Assembly (NCBI RefSeq): GCF_000023965.1
Contig: NC_013202.1
Location: 2,940,001 to 2,972,000 of the forward strand
Origin: Halomicrobium mukohataei DSM 12286
GTDB lineage: Archaea > Halobacteriota > Halobacteria > Halobacteriales > Haloarculaceae
Length of the DNA: 32,000 nt
Direction of reading: 5' to 3'
This document shows, piece after piece, positions 16,359 to 24,511 of this stretch (position 1 is its first letter; every line of letters begins with the position of its first letter). The notes beneath the pieces are model-generated. The model was not told the origin of the DNA. It saw only the letters and a program-made list of their open reading frames with translations, and made no database searches. The translations under genes were made by a program, and so were the position numbers.

Positions 16359-17336
16359 ATGGAGTACACACGACTCGGTTCGACCGGGCTGCAGGTGTCA
16401 CCGATCTGTCTCGGAACGTGGCGGTTCGGGCTGGAACACGAGGACAGCGGCGTCGTCGAGACCGACCGCGAGGACGCCCACGAACTGCTCGACGCCTTCG
16501 CAGCGCAGGGCGGGAACTTCATCGACACCGCCAACGGCTACGGGCAGGGCCGCAGCGAGACGTGGATCGGCGAGTGGCTCGAAGACCGGGACCGCGAGGA
16601 CTTCGTCGTCGCCTCGAAGTGCTACTGGTCACAGGTCTCTCGGTTCCAGGAGAACCTCTCGAAGAAGAACGTCAAGGCGGAGGTCGAGGGCTCGCTCGAC
16701 CGGCTGGGCACCGACTACCTCGACATCCTCTACTGCCACCGCTTCGACGACGGGACGCCGCCAGAACACACGCTACGCGCGCTCGACGACCTCGTCAGCC
16801 AGGGGAAAGTCCACTACGTCGGCATCTCGACGTGTGACGCCTGGAAGCTCACGAAGGCGCTGTGGGAGGCCGACGTGAACAACTACGAGGCCTTCACCGT
16901 CACTCAGCCCCAGTACTCTGCGACCTACCGCGAACCGGTGGCGGAGTACCTGGACGTGTGCGCCGATCAGGACCTCGCGGTCTGCCCGTACTCGCCGCTG
17001 CACGGCGGCTTCCTCACCGGCAAGTACGAGCGCGTCGGCGACGGCGAGGTCGAGGCCCCGGACGGTTCCCGCGGCGACATCGACGACCACTTCGAGGACT
17101 GGTATCTCACAGAACAGGCCTGGGACGTGCTCGACGAGGTTCGGGCCGTCGCCGACGAGGCCGACGCCACCCCCGCGCAGGTCTCCCTGCGCTGGCTGAT
17201 GGACCACGAGCGGTTCACCTGTGTGCCGATCATCGGCGCTCGAACGACCGACCAACTCGACGAGAACCTCGACGCCATCGAGGTCGAACTGACCGACGAC
17301 CAGTTCGACCGCATCGACGACGCGATCGAGGCGTAA
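16359..17336 (+). CDS. Aldo/keto reductase family oxidoreductase
   Basis: MEYTRLGSTGLQVSPICLGTW, GGNFIDTANGYGQGRSE, DYLDILYCHRFD, and a C-terminal IIGARTTDQLDENL, typical of the AKR family. Confidence 0.9.
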   Translation: MEYTRLGSTGLQVSPICLGTWRFGLEHEDSGVVETDREDAHELLDAFAAQGGNFIDTANGYGQGRSETWIGEWLEDRDREDFVVASKCYWSQVSRFQENLSKKNVKAEVEGSLDRLGTDYLDILYCHRFDDGTPPEHTLRALDDLVSQGKVHYVGISTCDAWKLTKALWEADVNNYEAFTVTQPQYSATYREPVAEYLDVCADQDLAVCPYSPLHGGFLTGKYERVGDGEVEAPDGSRGDIDDHFEDWYLTEQAWDVLDEVRAVADEADATPAQVSLRWLMDHERFTCVPIIGARTTDQLDENLDAIEVELTDDQFDRIDDAIEA

Positions 17337-17491
17337 GCGTTCGAATCCTGATTTTCTGTCGCTCAGACCGGTCGAGTAGCCCCCGGCTCGCCGCTCGTTC
17401 GCAGCGACCGTTTCCGTTGCGTCCTGTAACAGCTCGCAACACTTCGTTGCAATTCGTTACGCTTTTTGCTATCCCCCGGGAATAGAGATGC

Positions 17492-17818
17492 ATGTCCGAG
17501 ACGGTGCGAATCCGAGACGAGGACTACGAGAAGATCGAGGCCGCACAGGAAGTGCTTGGACTGTCCTTCCCGGAGGTCGTCCATCTGGCGCTGAACACCG
17601 ACGTTCTCACGGAGAGCCCCGCGCAGAACGCCCGCCGGGCGATCCGGTACTACTACACGTACATCGTCATGGAGTACGACGACGTGCAGGACGTGCCGGT
17701 CGAGGAGCTATCCCTCGACAGCGCGGACCAGGCCAAGGCGGGGCTCACCGTCGGTGCCGAGAAACACGAGAACGATCTGGAGAAACAGCGCGCGGCCGAC
17801 GCGGAGTCAGGGGACTAA
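17492..17818 (+). CDS. Hypothetical protein with an N-terminal ribbon-helix-helix-like segment
   Basis: TVRIRDEDYEKIEAAQEVLGLSFPEVVHLAL fits a strand-helix-helix pattern. A T-run (cttttt) lies ~27 nt upstream of ATG 17492 (verified). Confidence 0.65.
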   Translation: MSETVRIRDEDYEKIEAAQEVLGLSFPEVVHLALNTDVLTESPAQNARRAIRYYYTYIVMEYDDVQDVPVEELSLDSADQAKAGLTVGAEKHENDLEKQRAADAESGD

Positions 17819-17833
17819 GCCGTTTCGACCGAC

Positions 17834-18646
17834 TCACTCTGCTCGCTCGGCGGGATCGAACACCTCGCCGGTCGCCGGTGAGACGCCGAGCTGTTCGCAC
17901 TGATCAGCCAGCGGACAGGCCTCGGGATCGTCGAGACACGCCGGTTTGCGGGCCGAACAGTACTCGCGACCGAACTGGATCATCGCGGTGTGACCGAAGC
18001 CACATTTCTCGGCGGGAATATCATCTTCGAGGGCCGCACGGACGCCCTCGTGATCGGCGTCGGCGGGTGCAAGCCCCATCCGTCGGGCGATGCGGTGGAC
18101 GTGCGTGTCGACGGGGAAGACGCCGCCGCGACCGCCGGCGAACAGGAGCACACAGTCGGCGGTCTTCGGCCCGACCCCTTTCATGTCCAGCAGCGCCGAG
18201 CGCACGTCGCCCGGGTCGCCGCCCCTGACGAACGCGTCGAATTCGGCCCCGAAGCCGTACTCCTCGCACACGCGCCCGGCGAGTCGAACGATCGTCTCCG
18301 ATTTCTGGTTGTGCAGGCCCGCCGGCTGGATGGTCTCGGCGAGGCGTTGCTGGTCCGCATCGGCGAGCGTCGCGGCCAGATCCTCCCCGTCGGCCCCGTA
18401 CCGCTCCATCAGCGCGTCGTGGGCGGGCTGGCTGGCCTTGTCGGAGGTGTTCTGCGAGAGGATGGTCCGGACGAGACACTCGAAGGCGTCTCGGCCGCCG
18501 TAAGCCTTCGTCCAGTAGAGCTCTCCCAGTCGGTCGACGACTGCTTCGGCCCGCGTCTCGGCGTCGGCCGGTTCGAACTCGACTGCCGCGCCGCCCCCGC
18601 TCTCGCCGCCGCTGATGTTGACCGAGGGCTCGGCGTCGTCGCTCAT
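17834..18646 (-). CDS. nth: Endonuclease III-family DNA glycosylase (HhH-GPD with Fe-S loop)
   Basis: HhH motif MKGVGPKTADCVLLFA, VDTHVHRIARRMG, and C-terminal Cys cluster CSARKPAC...CPLADQC. ATG at 18646 verified; the track start at 18670 is TTG. Confidence 0.9.
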   Translation of the reverse strand: MSDDAEPSVNISGGESGGGAAVEFEPADAETRAEAVVDRLGELYWTKAYGGRDAFECLVRTILSQNTSDKASQPAHDALMERYGADGEDLAATLADADQQRLAETIQPAGLHNQKSETIVRLAGRVCEEYGFGAEFDAFVRGGDPGDVRSALLDMKGVGPKTADCVLLFAGGRGGVFPVDTHVHRIARRMGLAPADADHEGVRAALEDDIPAEKCGFGHTAMIQFGREYCSARKPACLDDPEACPLADQCEQLGVSPATGEVFDPAERAE

Positions 18647-18679
18647 GCGTGGCAGTGTGCCCGCCAGCAACTAAAGGAC

Positions 18680-19096
18680 TCAGACATCGACGCTGAAGGT
18701 GATCGTCGCCTCGGCGCCGTCAGCGAGCGTGTCGACCAGCTCGCGATCGAGGTCGGTCGCCGCCGCGTCGGCTTCGACCATCACCGTCCGGTCGTCGACG
18801 TAGTCGCTGGTCCGGCAGACGTGGCTCCGGTCGCTCTCGAAGGTCAGGTCGGGGTGGCCGTTGCCGGAGACCGTCGTCGAGTGGCCGTCGGCCTCGATCG
18901 TCGCCGTGATCGTCGCATCGGCGTCCTGGCAGGCAGCGACGAACTCGGGGGCGAACTCGCCGGGTACCCGGTCGGCCTCGATCGCGAGAATACAGTCGCC
19001 GGCGGGCGTGAGGAAGTCGTCGCTGGTGATCTCGAGCGTGCTCTCGTGCTCGGCGCTCACGTGTTCGTGACCGTGTGCGTGTACGACCTCGTCCAT
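18680..19096 (-). CDS. DUF371-like conserved archaeal protein
   Basis: VHAHGHEHVSAEHESTLEITSDDFLTPAGDCILAIEAD resembles the DUF371 signature as I remember it (GH..v.a.H.tTlEiT....lt..GDCI). ATG at 19096 verified. Confidence 0.7.
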   Translation of the reverse strand: MDEVVHAHGHEHVSAEHESTLEITSDDFLTPAGDCILAIEADRVPGEFAPEFVAACQDADATITATIEADGHSTTVSGNGHPDLTFESDRSHVCRTSDYVDDRTVMVEADAAATDLDRELVDTLADGAEATITFSVDV

Positions 19097-19121
19097 ACCG
19101 ACGGGAGCCGACGAGCGCACT

Positions 19122-19295
19122 TCAGCGAGTCGACTCGGTCCGGGAGACGGTGATCGTCACCGCACCGCAGGCACACTCGTAGGCCGACTGGCGACCGGCG
19201 GCCGTCTCGAAGACGATAGACGGTTCGTCGGGCAGCGTTCGGTCGCAGTCGGGGGCCTCGCAGGTGTCTGACCCGGTCGTGAGTTCTTCGATCAT
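19122..19295 (-). CDS. Small four-Cys (zinc-binding-like) protein
   Basis: MIEELTTGSDTCEAPDCDRTLPDEPSIVFETAAGRQSAYECACGAVTITVSRTESTR. ATG at 19295 verified. It lies 25 nt upstream of the DUF371-like gene. Confidence 0.5.
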   Translation of the reverse strand: MIEELTTGSDTCEAPDCDRTLPDEPSIVFETAAGRQSAYECACGAVTITVSRTESTR

Positions 19296-19403
19296 ACTCG
19301 TTCGTAGGCCCCGACCCCACGTCAAAGCCCGCAAACCCCGGAGTGAAAGTGAAAGTGGTAGTCGAGGGTAAAGGATATGCCCACGGGGAACGCCCGATGA
19401 TGC

Positions 19404-21233
19404 ATGTCGCTGGAGTGGAGCGCTGGGGCGGTCGATCCGGGGGGAGATCCGCCGTCAGCCGAGACCTGGCAGCCGATCGACGTGCCCGGGCGACCGACCG
19501 AGTTCGTCGACGCCGAGGCCGTGGCCTACCGGGCGACGTTCGAAGACCCACGGGATCCGGCACAAGCACACGCCGTCCTCGTTCTCGAAGGAGTCTACGC
19601 TCACGCGCGCGTGTGGCTCGACGGTGAACTGATCGCGGAACACGACGCGTACTTCGAGCCACTCCGAGTGCCCTTGCCCGTCGGCGAAGACAACGAGTTG
19701 CTCGTCGAGTGTCGCCGTCCCGAAGATCGGTTCGGCGGGATCTACGACACCGACCGCGTTCCGACCGCGTCGTCCGTGCCGGGAATCTGGTGGGACGCAC
19801 GCATCGAGACCCACCCGGACCCGTACGTCGCCGACCTGAACGTCGCCCCCCGCGTCGACGGGGAATCGACCTCGGTCGAGGTCGAGGCGACGGTCGTCAC
19901 CGACGAACCGCTCGACGACCGGCTGACACTCTCCTTGCGGCCGACCGGCGAGGTTCGGGGCGGAGGCATGATGAACAGAGCGCGGGTCGACACCGACGCC
20001 GGCCGAGCCACGGTCACCCACGAGATCGACGTACGAGACCCCTCGCTGTGGTGGCCCCACGACGTGGGGAGCCAGCCGCGCTACGCCGTCCGGGCGAAGC
20101 TGGCCGACGACGAGCGGACGGTAGAGACCGGACTGCGGTCGGTGTCGTACGATGAGTCGGGACTGCTCGTCAACGGACAGCGCGTCCCGGCGCGGGGCGT
20201 CACTCTCGTCGACGGGACGGTCGAAGACGTTCGGCGGGCGGTCGACGCGAACGCGAACCTCGTTCGAGCCCACGCCCACGCGCTCTCGCCCGCAGTGTAC
20301 GAGGCCTGTGACGAGCAGGGAGTGCTCGTCTGGCAGGACCTCCCGCTGACCGGACCCGGCGGATTCGACGCCGACCGCGCGGCGGCTCTACTGGAGCGGC
20401 TCGTGTGGTCGCGCCGTCGGCACCCGAGCCTCGCGGCGGTCAGCGTCCACGACGGGCCGATCCCAGACTACGCCGACGGGCTGGGTTCGGGACTGCTCGA
20501 CCGAGTTCGGTTCCGCTGGCGGGCGTGGCGTGCCGACTACGACGGTGCGCCCGCGGGGCGGGTGGCCGACGGCGTCACCGAGGTCCCGGCGTTCCCCGTC
20601 GTCGGGCCGGCGGGCATCGACCCCGACGCGGCGACGATGTATCCCGGCTGGACGTTCGGCGAGGCTCGCGACGCCGAGTGGCTCTGTGATCGCTACGGGC
20701 TCGGCACCGTGGTCGCAGCGTTCGGTGCCGGGGCGCTCGCGAACGGCGACGACGAGGCCACCGACTTCGAGGGGGAACGCCGCGCTGCCCGCGTCGACGG
20801 CGGTGTCGACGACTCCCAGGCGATGCAGGCCAGCGTCGTCGGGACCGTCGCCGAGACGCTCCGCCGACGCGACGCCGACGTACTCGCCGTCGACACGCTC
20901 CGAGACGCCGACGGGGCCGGCATGGGCGTCCTCGCCGAGGACGGGACGCCCAAAGCCGCCTTCGAGCGACTCCAGAGCGCCTACGAGCCGACACAGGTCC
21001 TGCTGGCCGACCCGACGCCGGGCGACAGCGAGGTGGTACTGGTCCACGACCGGCCCACCGGCGGTCTCGCGACGGTCGAGTGGGACGTAGACGGCGACAG
21101 AGAGCAGACCGAAGTCGAGATCGAGGCCTACGGTCGCCAGACGGTGACGACGATAGCGCCGCCGGCCGGCTCGGACGTGACCCTCGCGGTCGCGATCGAC
21201 GACGTGGTCGCACGGAACCGGTACACGGTTTAA
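19404..21233 (+). CDS. Glycoside hydrolase family 2-like protein (sugar-binding, Ig-like and TIM-barrel regions), no signal peptide
   Basis: WQPIDVPG..., LVLEGVYAHARVWLDGELIAEHDAYFEPLRVPL (GH2 N-domain pattern), LLVNGQRVPARGV, NANLVRAHAHALSPAVYEACDEQGVLVWQDLPL, and RRHPSLAAVSVHDG. ATG at 19404 verified. Confidence 0.75.
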   Translation: MSLEWSAGAVDPGGDPPSAETWQPIDVPGRPTEFVDAEAVAYRATFEDPRDPAQAHAVLVLEGVYAHARVWLDGELIAEHDAYFEPLRVPLPVGEDNELLVECRRPEDRFGGIYDTDRVPTASSVPGIWWDARIETHPDPYVADLNVAPRVDGESTSVEVEATVVTDEPLDDRLTLSLRPTGEVRGGGMMNRARVDTDAGRATVTHEIDVRDPSLWWPHDVGSQPRYAVRAKLADDERTVETGLRSVSYDESGLLVNGQRVPARGVTLVDGTVEDVRRAVDANANLVRAHAHALSPAVYEACDEQGVLVWQDLPLTGPGGFDADRAAALLERLVWSRRRHPSLAAVSVHDGPIPDYADGLGSGLLDRVRFRWRAWRADYDGAPAGRVADGVTEVPAFPVVGPAGIDPDAATMYPGWTFGEARDAEWLCDRYGLGTVVAAFGAGALANGDDEATDFEGERRAARVDGGVDDSQAMQASVVGTVAETLRRRDADVLAVDTLRDADGAGMGVLAEDGTPKAAFERLQSAYEPTQVLLADPTPGDSEVVLVHDRPTGGLATVEWDVDGDREQTEVEIEAYGRQTVTTIAPPAGSDVTLAVAIDDVVARNRYTV

Positions 21234-21314
21234 GTTGACTGCGTTCCGTGTGAATATCTCACAATCACCGTTCTGGGCCGTGTGACGGGCAACCACGGTA
21301 GTTGGTGCACCGGA

Positions 21315-21323
21315 ATATTTAAA
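21315..21323. promoter_or_regulatory. Strong TATA-like box (atatttaaa) without an adjacent start codon
   Basis: It lies in a lower-GC 254-nt spacer, ~165 nt upstream of ATG 21488. Orientation is ambiguous because tttaaa is palindromic. Confidence 0.35.
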
Positions 21324-21487
21324 CCATATCCACCCAAATGTGTAGCTACCAGAACGTCTTCGACGTTCAGGCAGTATCGCGTTACGCCCAGCATGACAGG
21401 GAACCCTGCTTATCGGAGACAGCCCATCATCGTTAGGGAGTCGACTGCCCAGCGTCGTGGCGGACATGGCATCGAGGATTAACAACA

Positions 21488-22378
21488 ATGGTAGATTCGA
21501 TAGATCAATCGAAGAACGTAGAACTCACAGAAGACGATCTCGAAAACAAGTCCAAAGGCGAGCTCATCAAGCTCGCGGGACAGCTTCGAGACCGACGAAA
21601 CGAACTCAACCAGATGGCGTCCGAGCGCGCGTCCGACCGGGACGATCTCAACGCCAAGACGCGTGAGAAGGTCGACGAGGCCCAGGAACACCGCGAGGAG
21701 CGCGACGAGCTCAACGAAAAGGTTCAGGAACACAAAGAGAGCCGCAACGATCTCAACGCCGAGGCCAACGAGCTGTTCGACAAGGTCGAGCAGCTGAAAA
21801 ACGAGATGGAGCTGGACGAGGGCAAGTCCATCGAGGAACTCGAATCCGAGATCGAGGACCTCGAATTCAAACAGCAGACGGAAGTCCTCTCCAGCGAGGA
21901 CGAGCGCGAACTCATCGAGAAGATCGAGGAGAAGCGCGACAAACTCGCCAGCAAGAAAGAGAAGCTCGACCAGACCGAGGACCTCGACGGCCTCAAAGAG
22001 GAGGCCGAGGAGGTCCGCTCGGAGGCCAGCCAGCACCACCAGAAGGTGACCGAGCTCGCCGACGAGGCCCAGAAGCACCACAACGAGATGATCGAGGCCT
22101 ATCGCGAGGCCGACGACATCCGTGACGAGGCCGACGAGATGCATGAGAAGTTCGTGGAGGCCCAGGAAGCGGCCGACCAGCACCACGAGGACTTCGTGCG
22201 CGTCCAGAAGCGCCTGCGCGAACTGGACAAGAAGGAGGAAGCCGAGGAACGCTCGGCTCGCGAGGAAAAGCAGGAGGCCGCCCGCGAGGAGGCCGAAGAG
22301 ATCTACCAGAAGTTCAAGGAAGGCGAGACCCTCGACACCGAGGACCTCATGAAGCTGCAGAAGGCCGGCAAGCTGTAA
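21488..22378 (+). CDS. Long acidic coiled-coil protein (archaeal conserved coiled-coil family, function unknown)
   Basis: 296 aa, almost entirely E/D/K/R/L/Q heptad-like sequence (RDELNEKVQEHKESRNDLNAEANELFDKVEQLKNEMELDEG...). ATG verified. Confidence 0.85.
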   Translation: MVDSIDQSKNVELTEDDLENKSKGELIKLAGQLRDRRNELNQMASERASDRDDLNAKTREKVDEAQEHREERDELNEKVQEHKESRNDLNAEANELFDKVEQLKNEMELDEGKSIEELESEIEDLEFKQQTEVLSSEDERELIEKIEEKRDKLASKKEKLDQTEDLDGLKEEAEEVRSEASQHHQKVTELADEAQKHHNEMIEAYREADDIRDEADEMHEKFVEAQEAADQHHEDFVRVQKRLRELDKKEEAEERSAREEKQEAAREEAEEIYQKFKEGETLDTEDLMKLQKAGKL

Positions 22379-22469
22379 GCTCTCTTTTACTCTCTCCCGT
22401 TTGCACCCGTCCAGCAGTGCCGACGGTCGCGAACGACAGGATTACACCGGACAGAGACCAACGCCTCCC

Positions 22470-23135
22470 GTGGAACTGTTCGTGACACTGCTTGGCGGCG
22501 TCGTGTTCGGACTCGCGCTGGCGGCCCCGCCGGGGCCGATGAACGCCGTGATCGCCGAAGAGAGCGTCCTCCGAGGGTGGCACGCCGGCTTCCGGGCCGG
22601 CCTCGGCGCGATGATCGCCGACCTGGCCTTTCTGGGCCTCGCGATCGTCGGTCTGGTGACGGTCGTGCGCGACAACCCCAACGTGGAGACGGTGATGCTC
22701 GCGGTCGGCGGACTGTTGATGCTGTACTTCGCGGTGGGTGCGGTCGACGACGCACAGACGTTCGTCGGCGACGATCCGGGAGACGGAAACGGGTTCTGGA
22801 AGGCTTTCCTGCTGGCGCTGACGAACCCCTATCAGGTGGTGTTCTGGCTGACCGTCGGCGTTGGACTGCTGGAGCCGGGTCGACTGGACGTGCTGGCACC
22901 GCTTCCCGTCGTCGGCCCGTCGCTGGCAGAGCGGGTCGTCGTCCAGACCGGCCATCCAGTCCTGCTGGTCGGGCTGTTCGCGGGCATCGTACTGTGGATC
23001 ACGAGCTTTCCCGCGGCGCTCGTAGGGGCCCGAGAGCGTGTCGAGCGCCTCGCACCGGCGGTGGCGTGGCTGTCGGCGCTCGTGCTGGCGGGCTTCGGTG
23101 GCCTCTTTCTCGTCGAAGCGGTGGGTCGGCTCTAG
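22470..23135 (+). CDS. LysE/RhtB-family amino-acid exporter
   Basis: LGGVVFGLALAAPPGPMNAVIAEES, several hydrophobic helices, and LTNPYQVVFWLTVG. Proposed GTG start at 22470, with gattaca ~27 nt upstream; the track start is TTG at 22401. The stop TAG shares the palindrome CTAG (23132-23135) with the convergent HD gene's stop. Confidence 0.8.
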   Translation: MELFVTLLGGVVFGLALAAPPGPMNAVIAEESVLRGWHAGFRAGLGAMIADLAFLGLAIVGLVTVVRDNPNVETVMLAVGGLLMLYFAVGAVDDAQTFVGDDPGDGNGFWKAFLLALTNPYQVVFWLTVGVGLLEPGRLDVLAPLPVVGPSLAERVVVQTGHPVLLVGLFAGIVLWITSFPAALVGARERVERLAPAVAWLSALVLAGFGGLFLVEAVGRL

Positions 23136-23851
23136 TCGTCGCCGCCGACGCCGGTGGCCACGTCGCCGACCTGCGAGTCGTCGTCCATCTCGGCGACTTC
23201 CATCTCCAGCCACTCCTGGAACCACTTGGCTCGCTTGAGCCGGCGGTGGACGATCGCTTCGGCGGTCTCGCTCTCGATGCGCTGGCGAGCGTCTTCGCCG
23301 CGTTCGATCACGCGGCCGACCATCTCGGCGGCGTCCATGTGCGAGCGCGACTCGTAGCCCATCCGCAGGAGCATCAGCGCCGTCCCGTTGGCACCGACCT
23401 TGTCGAGCACGTCGGCCTCGATGAGACACTGAGTCTCCAGCGGGAGGTCGGTCAGATCGTCCTGGTAGGAGTGGTCGCGGACGGCGCTACACACCTGTTC
23501 GACGAACGAGTCCGGGTAGTCGCCGTGGCTCAGCAGGTACTCGCGGGCGATGGTCGCGCCGACCTCCGCGTGGACGTCCTGCTCGGCCTCCAGCTTCGCG
23601 ATGTCGTGAAACAGCGCGGCCACGCGGGTCACGTCGACGTTTGCCCCCTCCTCGCGTGCGATCTCGACGGCGAGATCGACGACGTTCAGGATGTGGTTGA
23701 AGCGATACTCCGCGGAGTGCCACGGGTACCACCGCATTCGGCCGCCTTCCTCTTCGTTCTCGACGCTCGCGGCGAGATAGTCGTGGACGAAGTCCCGCAT
23801 CGCCTCGAACTCGGCGTCCGAAACCGGTGATTCACGGATTTCGACGCCCAC
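23132..23851 (-). CDS. HD-domain metal-dependent phosphohydrolase
   Basis: WHSAEYRFNHILNVVDLAVEIA...RVAALFHDIAK (H...HD motif), and later EADVLDKVG. The start is GTG at 23851, which is uncertain. Confidence 0.8.
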   Translation of the reverse strand: MGVEIRESPVSDAEFEAMRDFVHDYLAASVENEEEGGRMRWYPWHSAEYRFNHILNVVDLAVEIAREEGANVDVTRVAALFHDIAKLEAEQDVHAEVGATIAREYLLSHGDYPDSFVEQVCSAVRDHSYQDDLTDLPLETQCLIEADVLDKVGANGTALMLLRMGYESRSHMDAAEMVGRVIERGEDARQRIESETAEAIVHRRLKRAKWFQEWLEMEVAEMDDDSQVGDVATGVGGDD

Positions 23852-24478
23852 AGAAGCACCTCCGTCGTCGCAGTTCGGTATTCATCTTACGTACAAAAAG
23901 GTCCGTTCGACTCTTTAGCGTTACGACACCTCCAACGACTCGAAACGATCCCGAATTCCCCCACGAGCAGGCACTAGAAGCGCCACAGCGACACTCTCCG
24001 TGTCGGCCGGTGCAAAGAGAGGGACGAACGCGTGTCTCAATCGTGGTCGTCGAACGTCACTGCGCGTCCGATAGCGACTGGACGAGTGTTCACTGCTCCG
24101 TCGGTCGGCTGTCAGAGCCGTCGGCTGACACACGGTTAGAGAGCCGCAAAACGAAAAGAGACAGGGGCGACAGATTCGACCGCGGTCGTGGTTGAGCGAC
24201 GTATGGAATGCGGTCGAGACCTGTCACCGAGAAGTACGCTCTGGAGCGTCGACTGCCAGAGCAGAGCCGATGGGATCTTCTGTCACCGTTCGAGCTTTCG
24301 TTACCGTATCGTACACCTCCGACAACAGAAGGCAGGCATTCGGACAGTAATAAGCGTTTCTTCGGGAAAGAATAAAGTAGTAAATCACGGCCCCCACACC
24401 TCTAGGAGTTCTAGGGAACTGTGCGGGGAAGCGGGGCGAGAACACACGACTCCACCAGAAGTAGTGTTGCTCGTCTGA

Positions 24479-24486
24479 ATTTTTAT
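24479..24486 (+). promoter_or_regulatory. TATA-like box (atttttat) for the GNAT gene
   Basis: Centred ~29 nt upstream of ATG 24512. The track's alternative ATG at 24485 lies inside this box, which argues for 24512 as the start. Confidence 0.45.
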
Positions 24487-24511
24487 GCCACCGGAGCCCG
24501 AACGAGGACGT

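Noticed and set aside
17339-17348. GTTCGAATCC, an exact tRNA T-loop consensus, right after the aldo/keto reductase stop.
   Set aside because: The flanking 5 nt on each side are not complementary, so there is no T-stem. No acceptor or anticodon arms can be drawn, and the upstream sequence is the reductase coding region. I found no convincing tRNA anywhere in the window.
19343-19358. Mini tandem repeat GTGAAAGTGAAAGTGG in the divergent spacer upstream of the GH2-like gene.
   Set aside because: It has only 2.5 units of a hexamer and is not repeated elsewhere in the window. It is probably promoter-proximal sequence. The track ORF starting here (19343..19627) is Arg-rich junk.
21488-22378. Apparent DNA-level repetitiveness (gag/gac/aag-rich periodicity) in the coiled-coil gene as a possible tandem-repeat element.
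   Set aside because: The periodicity follows from the heptad-like E/K/D/L protein sequence. I could not find exact nucleotide repeat units, and the ORF is intact with normal codon bias.
24325-24337. ACAGAAGGCAGGC in the low-GC gap resembles the RNase P RNA CR-V motif (ACAGAAnnnGGCUUA). I also considered SRP RNA for this gap.
   Set aside because: No GAGGAAAGUCC (CR-I) motif or GGAA/AGCAG SRP domain-IV motif is present on either strand. The region is AT-richer than haloarchaeal structural RNAs usually are. The match is too short to be meaningful.
24485-24511. The track's upstream ATG (24485) as the start of the GNAT gene. Similar upstream TTG/GTG/ATG track starts were considered for 8648.. (10018), 12104.. 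(12841), 13347.. (14534), 17834.. (18670), 18680.. (19120), 26081.. (26623), 26577.. (27263) and 30501.
   Set aside because: ATG 24485 lies inside the TATA-like box itself. In the other cases the extension is Arg/Ser/Pro-rich and non-homologous-looking, and a verified ATG sits at the point where family-typical sequence begins, often with a TATA-like box ~27 nt upstream.
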